Notes: generated from the letters alone by a model not told the origin. A stretch of DNA of 64,000 bases from Oceanispirochaeta sp. (GCA_963666275.2 CAXXOA010000002.1:512001-576000), one strand, 5' to 3'; shown: positions 35,672-45,550, counted from the first letter of the stretch. Numbers and translations are program-made.

Positions 35672-38600
35672 ATGAAGATACTGGAACTGCGGTTTAAAAA
35701 CCTCAATTCTCTCTACGGAGAGTGGATTCTGGACTTTACAGATCCCGAATATATTTCCAATGGGATTTTTGCTCTCACCGGACCTACCGGTGCGGGGAAG
35801 TCTACAATCCTTGATGCCCTCTGCCTGGCTCTTTACGGAGCCACCCCCCGGCTGGGAAAAATCACAAAGAGCGGCAATGATATCATGTCCCGTCAGACCG
35901 GAGAGTGTTATGCCGAAGTGCTCTTTGAATCCCGGGAGGGACGGTTCCGCTGTCACTGGGAACAGAGGCGGGCAAGAAAAAGTGCAGACGGGAAACTCCA
36001 GGATCAGGAGCATCAGATTGCCCGGGGGGATACGGGACAGCTTATAGAAACAAAGAAAAGCCTGGTCCTGAAGGTCATTGAAGAGAAAACAGGGATGGAT
36101 TTTGAACGCTTTACCCGGTCCATCCTGCTGGCTCAGGGCGGTTTTGATACCTTTCTGAAGGCGGAACTGGAAGAAAAATCCCGCCTGCTGGAACAGATTA
36201 CGGGAACCGGAATCTATTCAGAGATCTCCCGTAGAACCCATGAAAAGCTTCGTGAGGAAAGAGAGAGACTGACAATCCTTCAGGCTGAAACCTCTTCTAT
36301 CACAGTTCTTGAACCGGAACAGGAAAAAGAGCTTACCAGGGAACAGGAGGAGAACCGGATCACTCTGTCCCGCCTGAATGAGGAACAGGGGAAAACAGTG
36401 GATGCCCTTGGATGGCTGAAATCCCTGGAGGAGCTGAAAAAAGAGATTCAGACTCTTTCGGCCGAGTCAGAGGGAATTCAGAAAAGGATCAATGCCTTTG
36501 AACCGGAGCGGAAGAAACTGGAGCTGGCTCAGAAGGCGGGAACTCTGGAAGGGGCCTATGCGGAACTGCAGGGGCTTCGCCGGCAGCAGGAGAAGGACAG
36601 GGCTCAGCTGGCCCGGGAGAAAGCCGCTCTGCCTGAACTGGAAGAAAAGGCTTTCTCTTTGGGAGAGGCCCTGAAAAAAGCGGAAAAAGCTGTTTCGGCG
36701 GCGAAAGATCAGATGAAAGAAGAGCAGCCGCATCTGCAGAGGGTCCGCTCCCTTGATCAGAGGCTTCAGGAACTGGGACAAGCTGTCCGGGCGCTTCAGG
36801 AGAACTGCCAACGTGACTCTTCTGCTGTGAATGCAGACAGAATCCGGAGGGCCGAATTTGAAGCGAAGGGGAAAAAGGCTGAAGAGAAAAAGCGGGCCTT
36901 TGAAAGATATCTGAAAGAGAACAGTCAGGACGAATGGCTTGTCAGCGGTCTGACCGGAATTGAGGAAAAACTGGACACCCTGCTTTCCCGCCGTAAGGGA
37001 ATCGAAGAGAAATCCCGGGACCAGGAGAGGAGCGAAGCAGATCTGCAGAAGGCCTTTCTGAAAACTGATGAAGCAAAAAAATCTCTTTCCGAAAGCCGGC
37101 AGAAGATGGAAGGGAAGAAGAAAGAGCTGACAGGGAGCAGAGAGGAGTATCTGAAACTTCTGGGAGAGAAGGCTCTGAGAGAGTACAGGGCTGAAAAGGA
37201 TGCCCTGTACAGGGAGAGAGAGCTTTTAAAAAGAATCGAAGAGCTAGAGACTCACAGGGCCCATCTGGAAGATGGAAAGCCCTGTCCCCTCTGCGGATCG
37301 GAAGAGCATCCCTATGCCCGGGGGAATGTCCCTGTCCCTGATGAAATTGATACGAAAATCAACGGAATAACCCAACTTATAGACCGGGCGGAAGACCTTG
37401 AAGCTGAAATAAGGAGTCAGGAACAGACACTCGGGGAGTCTGAAAAGACTCTGAAAGACTGTGAAAAGATGGAAGCCCTGGCAGAACGGGAACGGATCTC
37501 TGCAGAGATGAGCCGGAATGAAATTCAGGAGAGTCTTGAAAAGCTGAGAGCGGATTTCACAGAATTGAAAGAGGCTGTGCTGGAGATCCTGAAACCCTAC
37601 GGTATCCGGGATTTTCAGGAATCGGGCATTGAATCTCTCCGGCAGAATCTGAGACAGCGTCTGAAGAAATGGCAGGAAACAGTCAGAGCCAGAGCAGATG
37701 CTGATCTTGCAATGGCAGATATTCACAGTGAAATTAAAAGTCTGGATGGGGTTCTTGAGACACGGCTCAGCACGCTGGAACAATTTCAAAAAGAGCTGGA
37801 ATCCCGGAAAAAACAGCAGGCGCAGGTACAGGAAGAGAGACGGACTCTTTTCGGGGAGAAAGATCCCGACCGGGAGGAGGCCCGTTTGCACCAGTCTCTT
37901 TCCGAGGCGGAAGAGGCTGAGAAAAGCTGCCGGGCGAGGAATTCTCAGGTTCTGGAAACACTGGCCGGGCTCCGGGCAAATGCCGCTTCTCTGGAAGCAA
38001 GGATCTCTGCAGGAGAACCTGAACTGGGCAGCTGTGAAGAAAAGTTCTCAAGGGAACTGAAATCAGCAGGCTTTTCTGATGAAAGAGAATACCTCAATGC
38101 GTCCATGCCAGCCCGAGACCGGGAACTGCTGACCCGGCAGGCGGCTGCTCTGGAGGAATCCCGGGTGGAAGTGAAAACAAAAAGGAAGGACAGGGAAAAC
38201 AGGCTCGAAACCGAATTGTCCAGAAAGATCACAGATCTGTCCCGGGAGGTGCTTGAAAGGCAGCTCAAAGAGTCAGAGGAACGTCTTAATACTCTCAATG
38301 ACAGGATTGCCGGGATCAGGCACCGTCTCAATGAGAACAGGATGGCCCGGGAGAATATGAAAACCAGACTGGAGGGAATCGAGGCCCAGAAGAGGGAAGT
38401 CCTGCGCTGGGAGAAGCTCCACAGTCTTATCGGATCGGCTGACGGAAAGAAGTTCAGAAACTTTGCCCAGGGCCTGACATTTGAGCTCATGGTGTCCCAT
38501 GCCAACAGACAGCTGGAGAAAATGACGGACCGGTATCTTCTTCTCCGGGATGATCAGCAGCCTCTGGAGCTGAATGTGATCGACAACTATCAGGCCGGAG

Positions 38601-38920
38601 AGATCCGGTCTACCAGGAACCTGTCGGGCGGGGAGAGTTTTATTGTGAGCCTGTCTCTGGCTCTGGGACTCTCCCGTATGGCAAGCCGGAAAGTCAGGGT
38701 TGACTCCCTTTTCCTGGATGAAGGGTTTGGAACCCTTGATGAAGATGCTCTGGAAACCGCACTGGAAACTCTTTCCAACCTCCATCAGGAGGGCAAACTG
38801 ATAGGGATTATCTCCCATGTTCCGGCTCTGAAAGAGAGGATTACCACTCAGGTGACGATCAGTCCCGTTTCGGGCGGCCGCAGCGGGGTTTCCGGTCCCG
38901 GTTGCCGCAGAATCTCCTGA
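35672..38920 (+). CDS. sbcC: Exonuclease SbcCD subunit C (SMC-like ATPase)
   Basis: GPTGAGKST, coiled coil, zinc hook CPLCGS, LSGGE, LDEGFGTLD and IISH motifs. Confidence 0.96.
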   Translation: MKILELRFKNLNSLYGEWILDFTDPEYISNGIFALTGPTGAGKSTILDALCLALYGATPRLGKITKSGNDIMSRQTGECYAEVLFESREGRFRCHWEQRRARKSADGKLQDQEHQIARGDTGQLIETKKSLVLKVIEEKTGMDFERFTRSILLAQGGFDTFLKAELEEKSRLLEQITGTGIYSEISRRTHEKLREERERLTILQAETSSITVLEPEQEKELTREQEENRITLSRLNEEQGKTVDALGWLKSLEELKKEIQTLSAESEGIQKRINAFEPERKKLELAQKAGTLEGAYAELQGLRRQQEKDRAQLAREKAALPELEEKAFSLGEALKKAEKAVSAAKDQMKEEQPHLQRVRSLDQRLQELGQAVRALQENCQRDSSAVNADRIRRAEFEAKGKKAEEKKRAFERYLKENSQDEWLVSGLTGIEEKLDTLLSRRKGIEEKSRDQERSEADLQKAFLKTDEAKKSLSESRQKMEGKKKELTGSREEYLKLLGEKALREYRAEKDALYRERELLKRIEELETHRAHLEDGKPCPLCGSEEHPYARGNVPVPDEIDTKINGITQLIDRAEDLEAEIRSQEQTLGESEKTLKDCEKMEALAERERISAEMSRNEIQESLEKLRADFTELKEAVLEILKPYGIRDFQESGIESLRQNLRQRLKKWQETVRARADADLAMADIHSEIKSLDGVLETRLSTLEQFQKELESRKKQQAQVQEERRTLFGEKDPDREEARLHQSLSEAEEAEKSCRARNSQVLETLAGLRANAASLEARISAGEPELGSCEEKFSRELKSAGFSDEREYLNASMPARDRELLTRQAAALEESRVEVKTKRKDRENRLETELSRKITDLSREVLERQLKESEERLNTLNDRIAGIRHRLNENRMARENMKTRLEGIEAQKREVLRWEKLHSLIGSADGKKFRNFAQGLTFELMVSHANRQLEKMTDRYLLLRDDQQPLELNVIDNYQAGEIRSTRNLSGGESFIVSLSLALGLSRMASRKVRVDSLFLDEGFGTLDEDALETALETLSNLHQEGKLIGIISHVPALKERITTQVTISPVSGGRSGVSGPGCRRIS

Positions 38921-38925
38921 GGGAT

Positions 38926-40074
38926 CTAGTGCTTTGTAAGATAATCCTTCAGAACATCCAGAACAGATGAAATTTCATGGGATGTGGTGAACTCTCCGGG
39001 AGAGAACCGGATTGTTCCGCCTCCCTCCAGGGTTCCCAGGGTTTTATGGGCTCCCGGTGCACAGTGAAGGCCCGAACGGACGGCAATCTGATTCCTGTTG
39101 AGATGGGCTGTAAGCTCTGTCAGAGAGGACTGAACCGGAACCACCGAGACTACCGTGGTAAAGGAAAGGTCCCTCCTTTCCGGGGGATGTCCTATGATCC
39201 GCAGGCCCGGTAGATCTCTCAGTCCGGTAAGCAGCGATTCAAAAGTGCTGCTCCTTTCCCCCCGCGGAAAGTTCTTAAGATAGTTCATACTGTGAAGCCA
39301 GCCGGCCAGTCCGGGAATATTGGGGGTACCGCTTTCAAATTTGTCGGGGACCCATTCCGGTTGGATCTCTTCGCTGGAACGGCTGCCGGTTCCTCCTCTT
39401 TTCAGAGGAGGCAGCCTGTCAGGATCTTTAATATAAAGCGCTCCGGTTCCCGCAGGGGCGAGAAGGCCCTTGTGGCCGGAAAGGCAGAGAAAGTCTATGC
39501 CCCATTGTTCGGGAAGAAGCTTTGTCTCTCCCGCGGCCTGGGCGGCGTCAATGCAGACAGGAACTCCCTGCTTTGCCGCCAGATGACAGATCTCCTCCAC
39601 AGGATAGATCAGGCCGTTCACATTGGAAGCTGCAGTCATCACGATGAGCCGGGGAGATGTGTCCCTGAGTCGGTTTTCCAGGGTTTTCATATCAATGGCA
39701 CCCGTTTCGGGATCGCCGGGCAGACGATCTATCCGGATATTCCGTCTTTCCGCCAGGTCTGAAAGGGGGCGCATGACGGCATTGTGTTCCATAGGGCCGG
39801 TGATCACAAGATCTCCCTCTCCCAGATAGCCGTACAGGACCGTATTGAGAGACTCTGTTGTTCCCGAGGTGAAAAGGATTCCTGCGCTGTCCCGGATGGA
39901 AAAGTACTCCGCCAGGTGTTCTCGCAGTTCAAAGAGAATCCGATCGGCCTGAATCCCCGCACTGTGGGAGGTCCGGCCGGGGTTTCCCATAGGTTTCAGA
40001 AGTGTTTCTGCTACAGCTTCCGCACAGCCCGGAGCTTTCGGCCAGGATGTGGCGGCATTGTCCAGGTAGATCAA
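38926..40074 (-). CDS. Class V PLP enzyme, cysteine desulfurase / selenocysteine lyase-like
   Basis: IYLDNAATSWPK, EHNAV, DAAQ, SGHKGL, ESGT and RSGLHCAP motifs; TTG start overlaps the yqeB stop. Confidence 0.88.
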   Translation of the reverse strand: MIYLDNAATSWPKAPGCAEAVAETLLKPMGNPGRTSHSAGIQADRILFELREHLAEYFSIRDSAGILFTSGTTESLNTVLYGYLGEGDLVITGPMEHNAVMRPLSDLAERRNIRIDRLPGDPETGAIDMKTLENRLRDTSPRLIVMTAASNVNGLIYPVEEICHLAAKQGVPVCIDAAQAAGETKLLPEQWGIDFLCLSGHKGLLAPAGTGALYIKDPDRLPPLKRGGTGSRSSEEIQPEWVPDKFESGTPNIPGLAGWLHSMNYLKNFPRGERSSTFESLLTGLRDLPGLRIIGHPPERRDLSFTTVVSVVPVQSSLTELTAHLNRNQIAVRSGLHCAPGAHKTLGTLEGGGTIRFSPGEFTTSHEISSVLDVLKDYLTKH

Positions 40075-41693
40075 CGGGAGCCGCCGGAGAGGAGCTCCGG
40101 ACTCAGCTGCAGGATGGCTTCCAGAACGCCTCCCGCTATTGCCCGGGCTTTGTCGGAAATGATCCGGCAGTAGGTGACATCCCCCCTGGGGTCGACATCG
40201 GCAATTTTAAAGCCCCTGGTCACCTCTGCTCCCCCGGCGATCATACCGCGCACCACGCCGTCCAGAGGGCTGAGAACTTCTTCTGAGCCCACCTTCAGGA
40301 TTACCTCTCCCTTTGAGACAAGGGAGCCAATATCTTTTAGAACCTTTACCTGTCCTTCAGAAGGTGCCCGGACAACCCGGTCTGCGGTATGACCGGCAAT
40401 ATTTCCGGGAATCCCCGTATTGGGAGCCGCAGGCCCGTCATGAATGACCTTGCCCAGGTTATGTCCCCGGTTGGTCTCTATGACCGCATGGACATCCTCC
40501 CCTGCTGAAAACCCGGGTCCCAGTCCGATCACCACGGGAGCCATGTCCCTCCGGGTTCCCAGGTTTTTTTTGGCAATAATGGCATCCACTACAATCAGGG
40601 GGGCCAGTTTTTTTATCCAATGGCCCTCCGGATCGGGGATGATTGGAATTTTACCCGTGTTCCAGGCCTTCTTGATATCCTCTTCCGTCTCGGCTAGAAC
40701 CGCGGTAATCCCTTCCACGGTGACTTCCCTGTCAAAGACAGCCTGAGCAAAGGACACAGTCCTTCTTATCACTGTAGGATGGGACGTTTCCAGAGCGGCA
40801 ACCCGGAATCCGCAGCGGAACAGTTTGCTGATTGTTCCCGTTGCCAGATCTCCGGCACCCCTGACAATCGCCAGAGGAGGGAGGGCTTTTCTGTTCCCTG
40901 CGAGGGAGCGGCCGGAACCGCCCGACTGCACCTGCATTATCTCTGCCATGATACTCAGGGCGATTTCCTCGGGAGTTTCCGTTCCGATATCCAGTCCCAC
41001 CGGAGCGTAAACCCTCTGCAGATCCTTTTCTTGAAACCCCTGATGAAGCATTTTTTCAAAAAAGAGTTTCACTTTCCTTTTGCTTCCCAGCATGCCTATA
41101 TAGACGGCTTCTGTGGAGAGGGCTTCTCTGAGAGCCGAGTCATCATGATTATGGGTGGCAATAAGGATCGCTGTCTTCTCTGTTATCCACCCTTTCTCCC
41201 GGGCCGAACGGAATAGGTCCGCAGAACTGTCTCCCTCCAGTCTGCCCAGGGCTCCGGGGAATCTTTCGGGAGTGGCGATTCCCTTCCGGGTATCTGCCAC
41301 GATATAGGGAAAGTTCAGATAGTCGGCCAGTCTGGAAAGGGCCAGATTGACATGCCCCCCTCCCGCCAGAAAGAGTGCCGGTCGGGGTGTGAAGACTTCC
41401 ACGAAAAATTCCATATCTCCCCCGCATACCATATCGATGCTGGAGGAGGATGTGCCGCTGTCCAGTTTGTAGGCAACCATCCGGGATTCTCCTGTTTTCA
41501 GAGATTTCCGGGCCTCTTCCATTACCATCTGTTCCGCCGGGCCTCCCCCGACGGTACCGAAAATTTCCCCCTCAGGCAGAACAATCATCCTCCCCTTGTT
41601 TCTGGGAGCAGAGCCCCTGGATGAGGTTATGGTAATCATGGCAAAGGCTTTGTTGTCCTTTTCCAGTTGAGCGGCTTTATCAAAAAGAGACAT
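40071..41693 (-). CDS. yqeB: Selenium-dependent molybdenum hydroxylase system protein YqeB (XdhC-like N-terminus)
   Basis: XdhC part (GSAPR, GTVGGG, CGG, YIGMLGS, PVGLDIG..TPEEIA) plus YqeB part (VRGAGDLATG, RRTVSF, GLGPGF, ETNRGH, KIADVDPR, ISDKA). Confidence 0.92.
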   Translation of the reverse strand: MSLFDKAAQLEKDNKAFAMITITSSRGSAPRNKGRMIVLPEGEIFGTVGGGPAEQMVMEEARKSLKTGESRMVAYKLDSGTSSSSIDMVCGGDMEFFVEVFTPRPALFLAGGGHVNLALSRLADYLNFPYIVADTRKGIATPERFPGALGRLEGDSSADLFRSAREKGWITEKTAILIATHNHDDSALREALSTEAVYIGMLGSKRKVKLFFEKMLHQGFQEKDLQRVYAPVGLDIGTETPEEIALSIMAEIMQVQSGGSGRSLAGNRKALPPLAIVRGAGDLATGTISKLFRCGFRVAALETSHPTVIRRTVSFAQAVFDREVTVEGITAVLAETEEDIKKAWNTGKIPIIPDPEGHWIKKLAPLIVVDAIIAKKNLGTRRDMAPVVIGLGPGFSAGEDVHAVIETNRGHNLGKVIHDGPAAPNTGIPGNIAGHTADRVVRAPSEGQVKVLKDIGSLVSKGEVILKVGSEEVLSPLDGVVRGMIAGGAEVTRGFKIADVDPRGDVTYCRIISDKARAIAGGVLEAILQLSPELLSGGSR

Positions 41694-41729
41694 AATCCCT
41701 CCTGTTTGTATGTATATAATCCCAGTGTA

Positions 41730-42482
41730 TCAGGAATCTTCCTTCAGTATAATCGGATTTCTGTAATCCCGCAGGTCTGTCAGAAATATTTGATCCACTC
41801 CGGGACATTCTCTCTTCAGTGTCCTGACCAGCTTTTCTGAATCTCCCGGGAGATTGTCCATTTTATTCAGGATCAGAGTTCTCTCCATCCCGTCTGCCGC
41901 GTCCTTGAAAAGCCCCAGGGGATGATTGATCAGACGGATCAGATGCTTTGTCTCTACAGGGCTGTTTTCTGCCAGTCCCAGTCTCTCCTGTGCCAGGGAA
42001 AAGCGGTGTATGGTCCGGGAGTTTCCCGGTGCATTCAGTATATCCAGACCGACCACCCCGATAACCCTGGTGCTGCAGGGGATGATCTGCGGTTCATGCT
42101 CTGCCGGGAGTTTCATGGGTTTTCCTGCTGCGCCGTCTGCTTCGGCAACTGTCAGGTCCGGCTGGAATTCCTCTATCCAATCCGCCAGAGATTCCGGCGG
42201 ATATCCCGAAACTTTCAGCAGATTTTTCTCTAGAATTTCCTTCCATGCCCCATAGAGGGGAAAATCCGCAGAGAACAATTTCAGATCTGTAAGGGGTCCT
42301 GTAAAAATTTCTCTGAAGGGATTGTCTTCTCTTCCGGGGGATCGCATCTTTGTGGTCGTGGTGAACAGGCTTTTCCCCCGGGATTCGGATGCCAGAGCGT
42401 AGAGAAGAGACGTCTTGCCTCCGCCTCCCACGATACTGCATACTTCGCCCCGTTTCAGATTGAGTGTTTCCGATAGATTCAT
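41730..42482 (-). CDS. yqeC: Selenium cofactor biosynthesis protein YqeC
   Basis: SIVGGGGKTS, FTTTTKM and EADGA..KPMKLPAEHEP motifs. True start ATG 42482; the 435-aa ORF in the track is over-extended. Confidence 0.9.
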   Translation of the reverse strand: MNLSETLNLKRGEVCSIVGGGGKTSLLYALASESRGKSLFTTTTKMRSPGREDNPFREIFTGPLTDLKLFSADFPLYGAWKEILEKNLLKVSGYPPESLADWIEEFQPDLTVAEADGAAGKPMKLPAEHEPQIIPCSTRVIGVVGLDILNAPGNSRTIHRFSLAQERLGLAENSPVETKHLIRLINHPLGLFKDAADGMERTLILNKMDNLPGDSEKLVRTLKRECPGVDQIFLTDLRDYRNPIILKEDS

Positions 42483-42590
42483 AGGCCATTTTAAGCCCGG
42501 TACGGCCTCTCTGCAATCCCTGCTCCCTCCGGGCACCCACTGGTCAGATCCTGACATTCTTTGTATCCTTTTCTCCGGGAGGATACAGCT

Positions 42591-43693
42591 ATGATTTATC
42601 GCAAATATGGAAAAACCGGAAAGGATGTTTCTGTTCTCGGATTCGGAGGAATGCGTTTCGGAGACATCGATGATACTGATAAAAGCGCCGCCTTGATGGT
42701 TCAGGCTGCCGAAGGGGGTGTGAATTATTTTGATACCGCACCCAAGTACTTCGGGACACGGAGCGAAGAGGTTTTCGGCCGGGGACTGGCAGAACTGAGA
42801 GCCAGAAACCTTCCCTATTATCTTTCGACAAAAACCTTCTGTTCCAAAGAGTATGATATCCGGACTGAAATTGAAGGCCAGCTCAGACGGCTGGATGTGG
42901 ATGCCATAGACTTCTATCATGTCTGGTGTGTGACCTCTCTGGATGACTGGCGCCGGAGAAAGAAAAACGAGGTGATCAGTACTTTCAGGAAACTGAAGGA
43001 AGAGGGCCTTATCAATCATATCTGTGTCTCCAGTCATCTGATCGGAGATGAAATCAAAGAACTGCTCATGGAAGGTGTTTTTGAAGGAGTCCTTTTCGGA
43101 TATTCGGCCTACAACTTTTCTACCAGACAGGCCGCTTTTGATGCGATCCGCAGTGAGAACCTGGGATGCGTCATCATGAATCCTCTGGAGGGGGCCTGAT
43201 TCCCAATAATCCGGAGGTTTTTGACTTTATCCGGAACCGGGTCGACGAAACTGTGGTCCAGGCAGCCCTGCGCTTTCTATTTGCCCATAAGGACATTTCC
43301 ACCGCTCTGGTCGGATTCAGTGATTCCAGTCAGGTTGCGGAAGCCCTGAGTGCCGTAGAGGGGTATCAGCCTCTTTCGGAAGCCAAACTGGAAGAGATGA
43401 AATCCCATGCCTCCTCCTCACTGGACGGCATATGCACGGGATGTCAGTACTGCGATAAATGTCCCCAGGGAATTCCCATCCCCCGGTATATGGAAACATA
43501 TAACCAGAAAATTCTGGGCAATGGAGAGGCGGATGTTCAAAGGAGAATGCAGATGCACTGGGGTATTACTCCCGAGCAGGCTTCCGATTGTATCGCCTGC
43601 GGCATCTGTGAAGAAGCCTGCACCCAGCACCTCCCCATCATTGAAAGGCTGGAAGAGATCAGTAAAATCAAACTGAAGGGAATCTCTCTTTAA
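42591..43693 (+). pseudogene. Aldo/keto reductase with C-terminal 4Fe-4S dicluster, split by a 1-nt frameshift near 43187-43194 (pseudogene or sequencing error)
   Basis: Upstream frame: MIYRKYGKTGKDVSVLGFGGMRF..FDTA..Y..STK, ending MNPLEGA*. Downstream frame continues GGGLIP...CTGCQYCDKCP...CIACGICEEAC. One extra G restores MNPLGGGLIP. Confidence 0.8.
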
Positions 43694-44240
43694 AATCCCT
43701 GTCCAGAGAGAAGAGATAAAGCTCCCGGATCGTTTCGGGGCTTTCTTCTCTCTCCCTCAGAAGTCTGTATAATTCCCTTTCATAAACCAGTTCTTCCCTG
43801 AGAGTTTCCTTCTCATTTTCAATATCAATAGGGTCTCCCTTCCCGCAACCCGGACAATCGGGATGGGGGGGTATAAAGGAGAAGCTGTCTCTACCTGTAT
43901 CAAGGTCTACCTCTCTGGCCAGGGGGGCCAGTTTGCATACAAGAGGTTTATGATCCGGGTGGAGAGAACAGAGCCCCCGGAGTCCCAGTTCTTCGCTAAA
44001 ATCGTTCATGAGAAAAGGGCAGAAGGGAAATGGATAGGATTTAAAGCGAATTTTGGGAAGCTGAAGATCATTCTGCCCGTCCGCCCATTCCACAAGCCCC
44101 TTCTGAAAGAGCTCTTCCGTATGGTTCAGTTTGTAAAACCGGCCTATTTTATACAGATCGTATGTGTTGAGAAATACCCGCATGGAGCCGCTGCAGCACT
44201 CCCCGCAGAGGGTACAGGAAAAAGGGGTGTCTACTTTCAT
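43668..44240 (-). CDS. YkgJ family cysteine-cluster protein (CxxCxxCC)
   Basis: FSCTLCGECC, CPFL and CSLH..KP.VC motifs. Confidence 0.88.
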   Translation of the reverse strand: MKVDTPFSCTLCGECCSGSMRVFLNTYDLYKIGRFYKLNHTEELFQKGLVEWADGQNDLQLPKIRFKSYPFPFCPFLMNDFSEELGLRGLCSLHPDHKPLVCKLAPLAREVDLDTGRDSFSFIPPHPDCPGCGKGDPIDIENEKETLREELVYERELYRLLREREESPETIRELYLFSLDRDFKERFPSV

Positions 44241-45016
44241 GGAGCGGGACAGACCGCCAGGCTGTAGAGATTTCCTTTTTTATCAATCCACCGGGAGAGG
44301 ATATAGGCGCTTCCTATAGACCCCGCTGAAGTTTCCACCATCCGGGAGCGGGATGATGAGGCGGTCTGGGACTGCCAGTCGCTCTGGGTAATATCCATGG
44401 AACCGTTTCTCTGTTCCAGAAGGGTCGCAAGGGCGTTTTTGTCTGCCTGCTGCAGTGTCCGGGAGAGGAAGCGGCTGGGACCGGTAAAACCGACAGCAAC
44501 CTGATAGCCAGGAATTTTCACTGAACTGAAAATCCAGTCCGGCTCTTTGTTTTTGTAGCCCGGCTGATAGGGCAAAGAGAATGTGCTTGTTCCCGAGTAG
44601 GAGAAGATGGCCGCGGTCAGCTTCTCAGTCTGAATCTGATCTTCCAGCGTCAGGTCTTCCACCAGGGCTATGGCCCGGTCGTTATTGAAAGCGATGCCTG
44701 TGGCCTCCTTTTTGGCCGTTCCCCTGACGCTTTCATCCGTACGGGTATAGGACACGCCATTGATCTGGAAATACCGTGAAAGCTGCCGGGCTGCTTCCTC
44801 CCGGCACAGTTCCAGTTCTCTGTCTCTGAACTGCTGTCTGGTGGAGATGGTGAAGAAAAAGAGCTTCCCCTCCCGGGGAGTCAGGTCAAACATCATGGAG
44901 GATATCTTTTCCATCTGGAGGGTTTCCGGATCTTCCTGCGGTTCTTTCTGTGATGAACGGCAGCCTGTGATCAGCAGGGCTCCTGCAAGAAGGGACATCA
45001 GCAATATCTTTTTCAT
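44237..45016 (-). CDS. Hypothetical lipoprotein (LPP20-like)
   Basis: MKKILL...LITG-C lipobox, EPDW motif, GGAG RBS; ATGA overlap with the ykgJ-like gene. Confidence 0.78.
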   Translation of the reverse strand: MKKILLMSLLAGALLITGCRSSQKEPQEDPETLQMEKISSMMFDLTPREGKLFFFTISTRQQFRDRELELCREEAARQLSRYFQINGVSYTRTDESVRGTAKKEATGIAFNNDRAIALVEDLTLEDQIQTEKLTAAIFSYSGTSTFSLPYQPGYKNKEPDWIFSSVKIPGYQVAVGFTGPSRFLSRTLQQADKNALATLLEQRNGSMDITQSDWQSQTASSSRSRMVETSAGSIGSAYILSRWIDKKGNLYSLAVCPAP

Positions 45017-45031
45017 GACTCTACATCTCCG

Positions 45032-45137
45032 ACTCCCGAGGCGTGCTCCCCTCAGGTCTATAGGATTATTCTAATCTGTTTCAGGCAACAGGATGCTTGA
45101 AAAATCAGTAATCGTCCAGCCGGTACGGGGCGGGAGT
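45032..45137 (+). ncRNA. Candidate structured non-coding RNA (irregular rod, 6S-like)
   Basis: Nested helices ACTCCCG/CGGGAGT, CGTGC/GTACG, GATTATT/AGTAATC and TTCAGGCA/TGCTTGAA. Three G-U pairs form only on the + strand. T-rich run follows. Confidence 0.5.
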
Positions 45138-45299
45138 TCTCTATTTTTCTGAAATAATATTTCCCTGCACAGAGAAATCCGTCAGAAGTTGAGGATTTCC
45201 CGGGAGAATGAAAATTCCGTCCTGTTCTATTCGAAAGGTTTCAGGTATACACTATAGGCTGTTTTCCTTAAAACATCTTATCAGACTCTGGAGGAAGGA

Positions 45300-45506
45300 A
45301 TGGAACATAACTGGCGCTGCCCCAAGTGCGGAAATATGAGCTATGAAACAGATCAGTTTGCGGCAACCGGAGGGGGTTTTTCAAAAATCTTCGATGTGCA
45401 GAACAAAAAATTCACGACCGTTACCTGTACACAATGCAGATTCACTGAGCTTTATAAAGCGGAAACAAGCTCTCTCGGAAATATTTTTGACTTTTTCATA
45501 AATTAG
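45300..45506 (+). CDS. Small zinc-ribbon protein (DUF2082-like)
   Basis: CPKCG...ATGGGFSKIFDVQNKKF..VTC..C..TELY; GGAGG RBS. Confidence 0.88.
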   Translation: MEHNWRCPKCGNMSYETDQFAATGGGFSKIFDVQNKKFTTVTCTQCRFTELYKAETSSLGNIFDFFIN

Positions 45507-45507
45507 G

Positions 45508-45550
45508 AGTCCCAGTCCTGAAATGGGGGGAAATCCTTTCAGGAAGGACT
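45508..45550. terminator. Hairpin between convergent genes
   Basis: TCCTGAAA/TTTCAGGA plus outer AGTCC/GGACT; no strong U tract. Confidence 0.45.

Noticed and set aside
34421..38920. SMC-like ATPase plus nuclease as a possible defence system
   Set aside because: Motifs and gene order are those of housekeeping SbcDC; no Wadjet or Lamassu partner genes are present.
41694..41732. The yqeC UGA stop is in frame with yqeB across 12 open codons, which would allow Sec or readthrough fusion in a selenium operon
   Set aside because: No SECIS-like hairpin follows the UGA, yqeB has its own GGAGG RBS in the spacer, and such in-frame spacing is common by chance.
42483..43037. N-terminal extension of the 435-aa yqeC ORF
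   Set aside because: Antisense to the aldo/keto reductase; YqeC similarity begins at ATG 42482, which has its own promoter.
45032..45137. SRP 4.5S RNA or riboswitch identity for the rod-shaped element
   Set aside because: The size fits 4.5S RNA, but the GNRA tetraloop and AGCAG motif are absent; no TPP, SAM, cobalamin or c-di-GMP consensus was seen.
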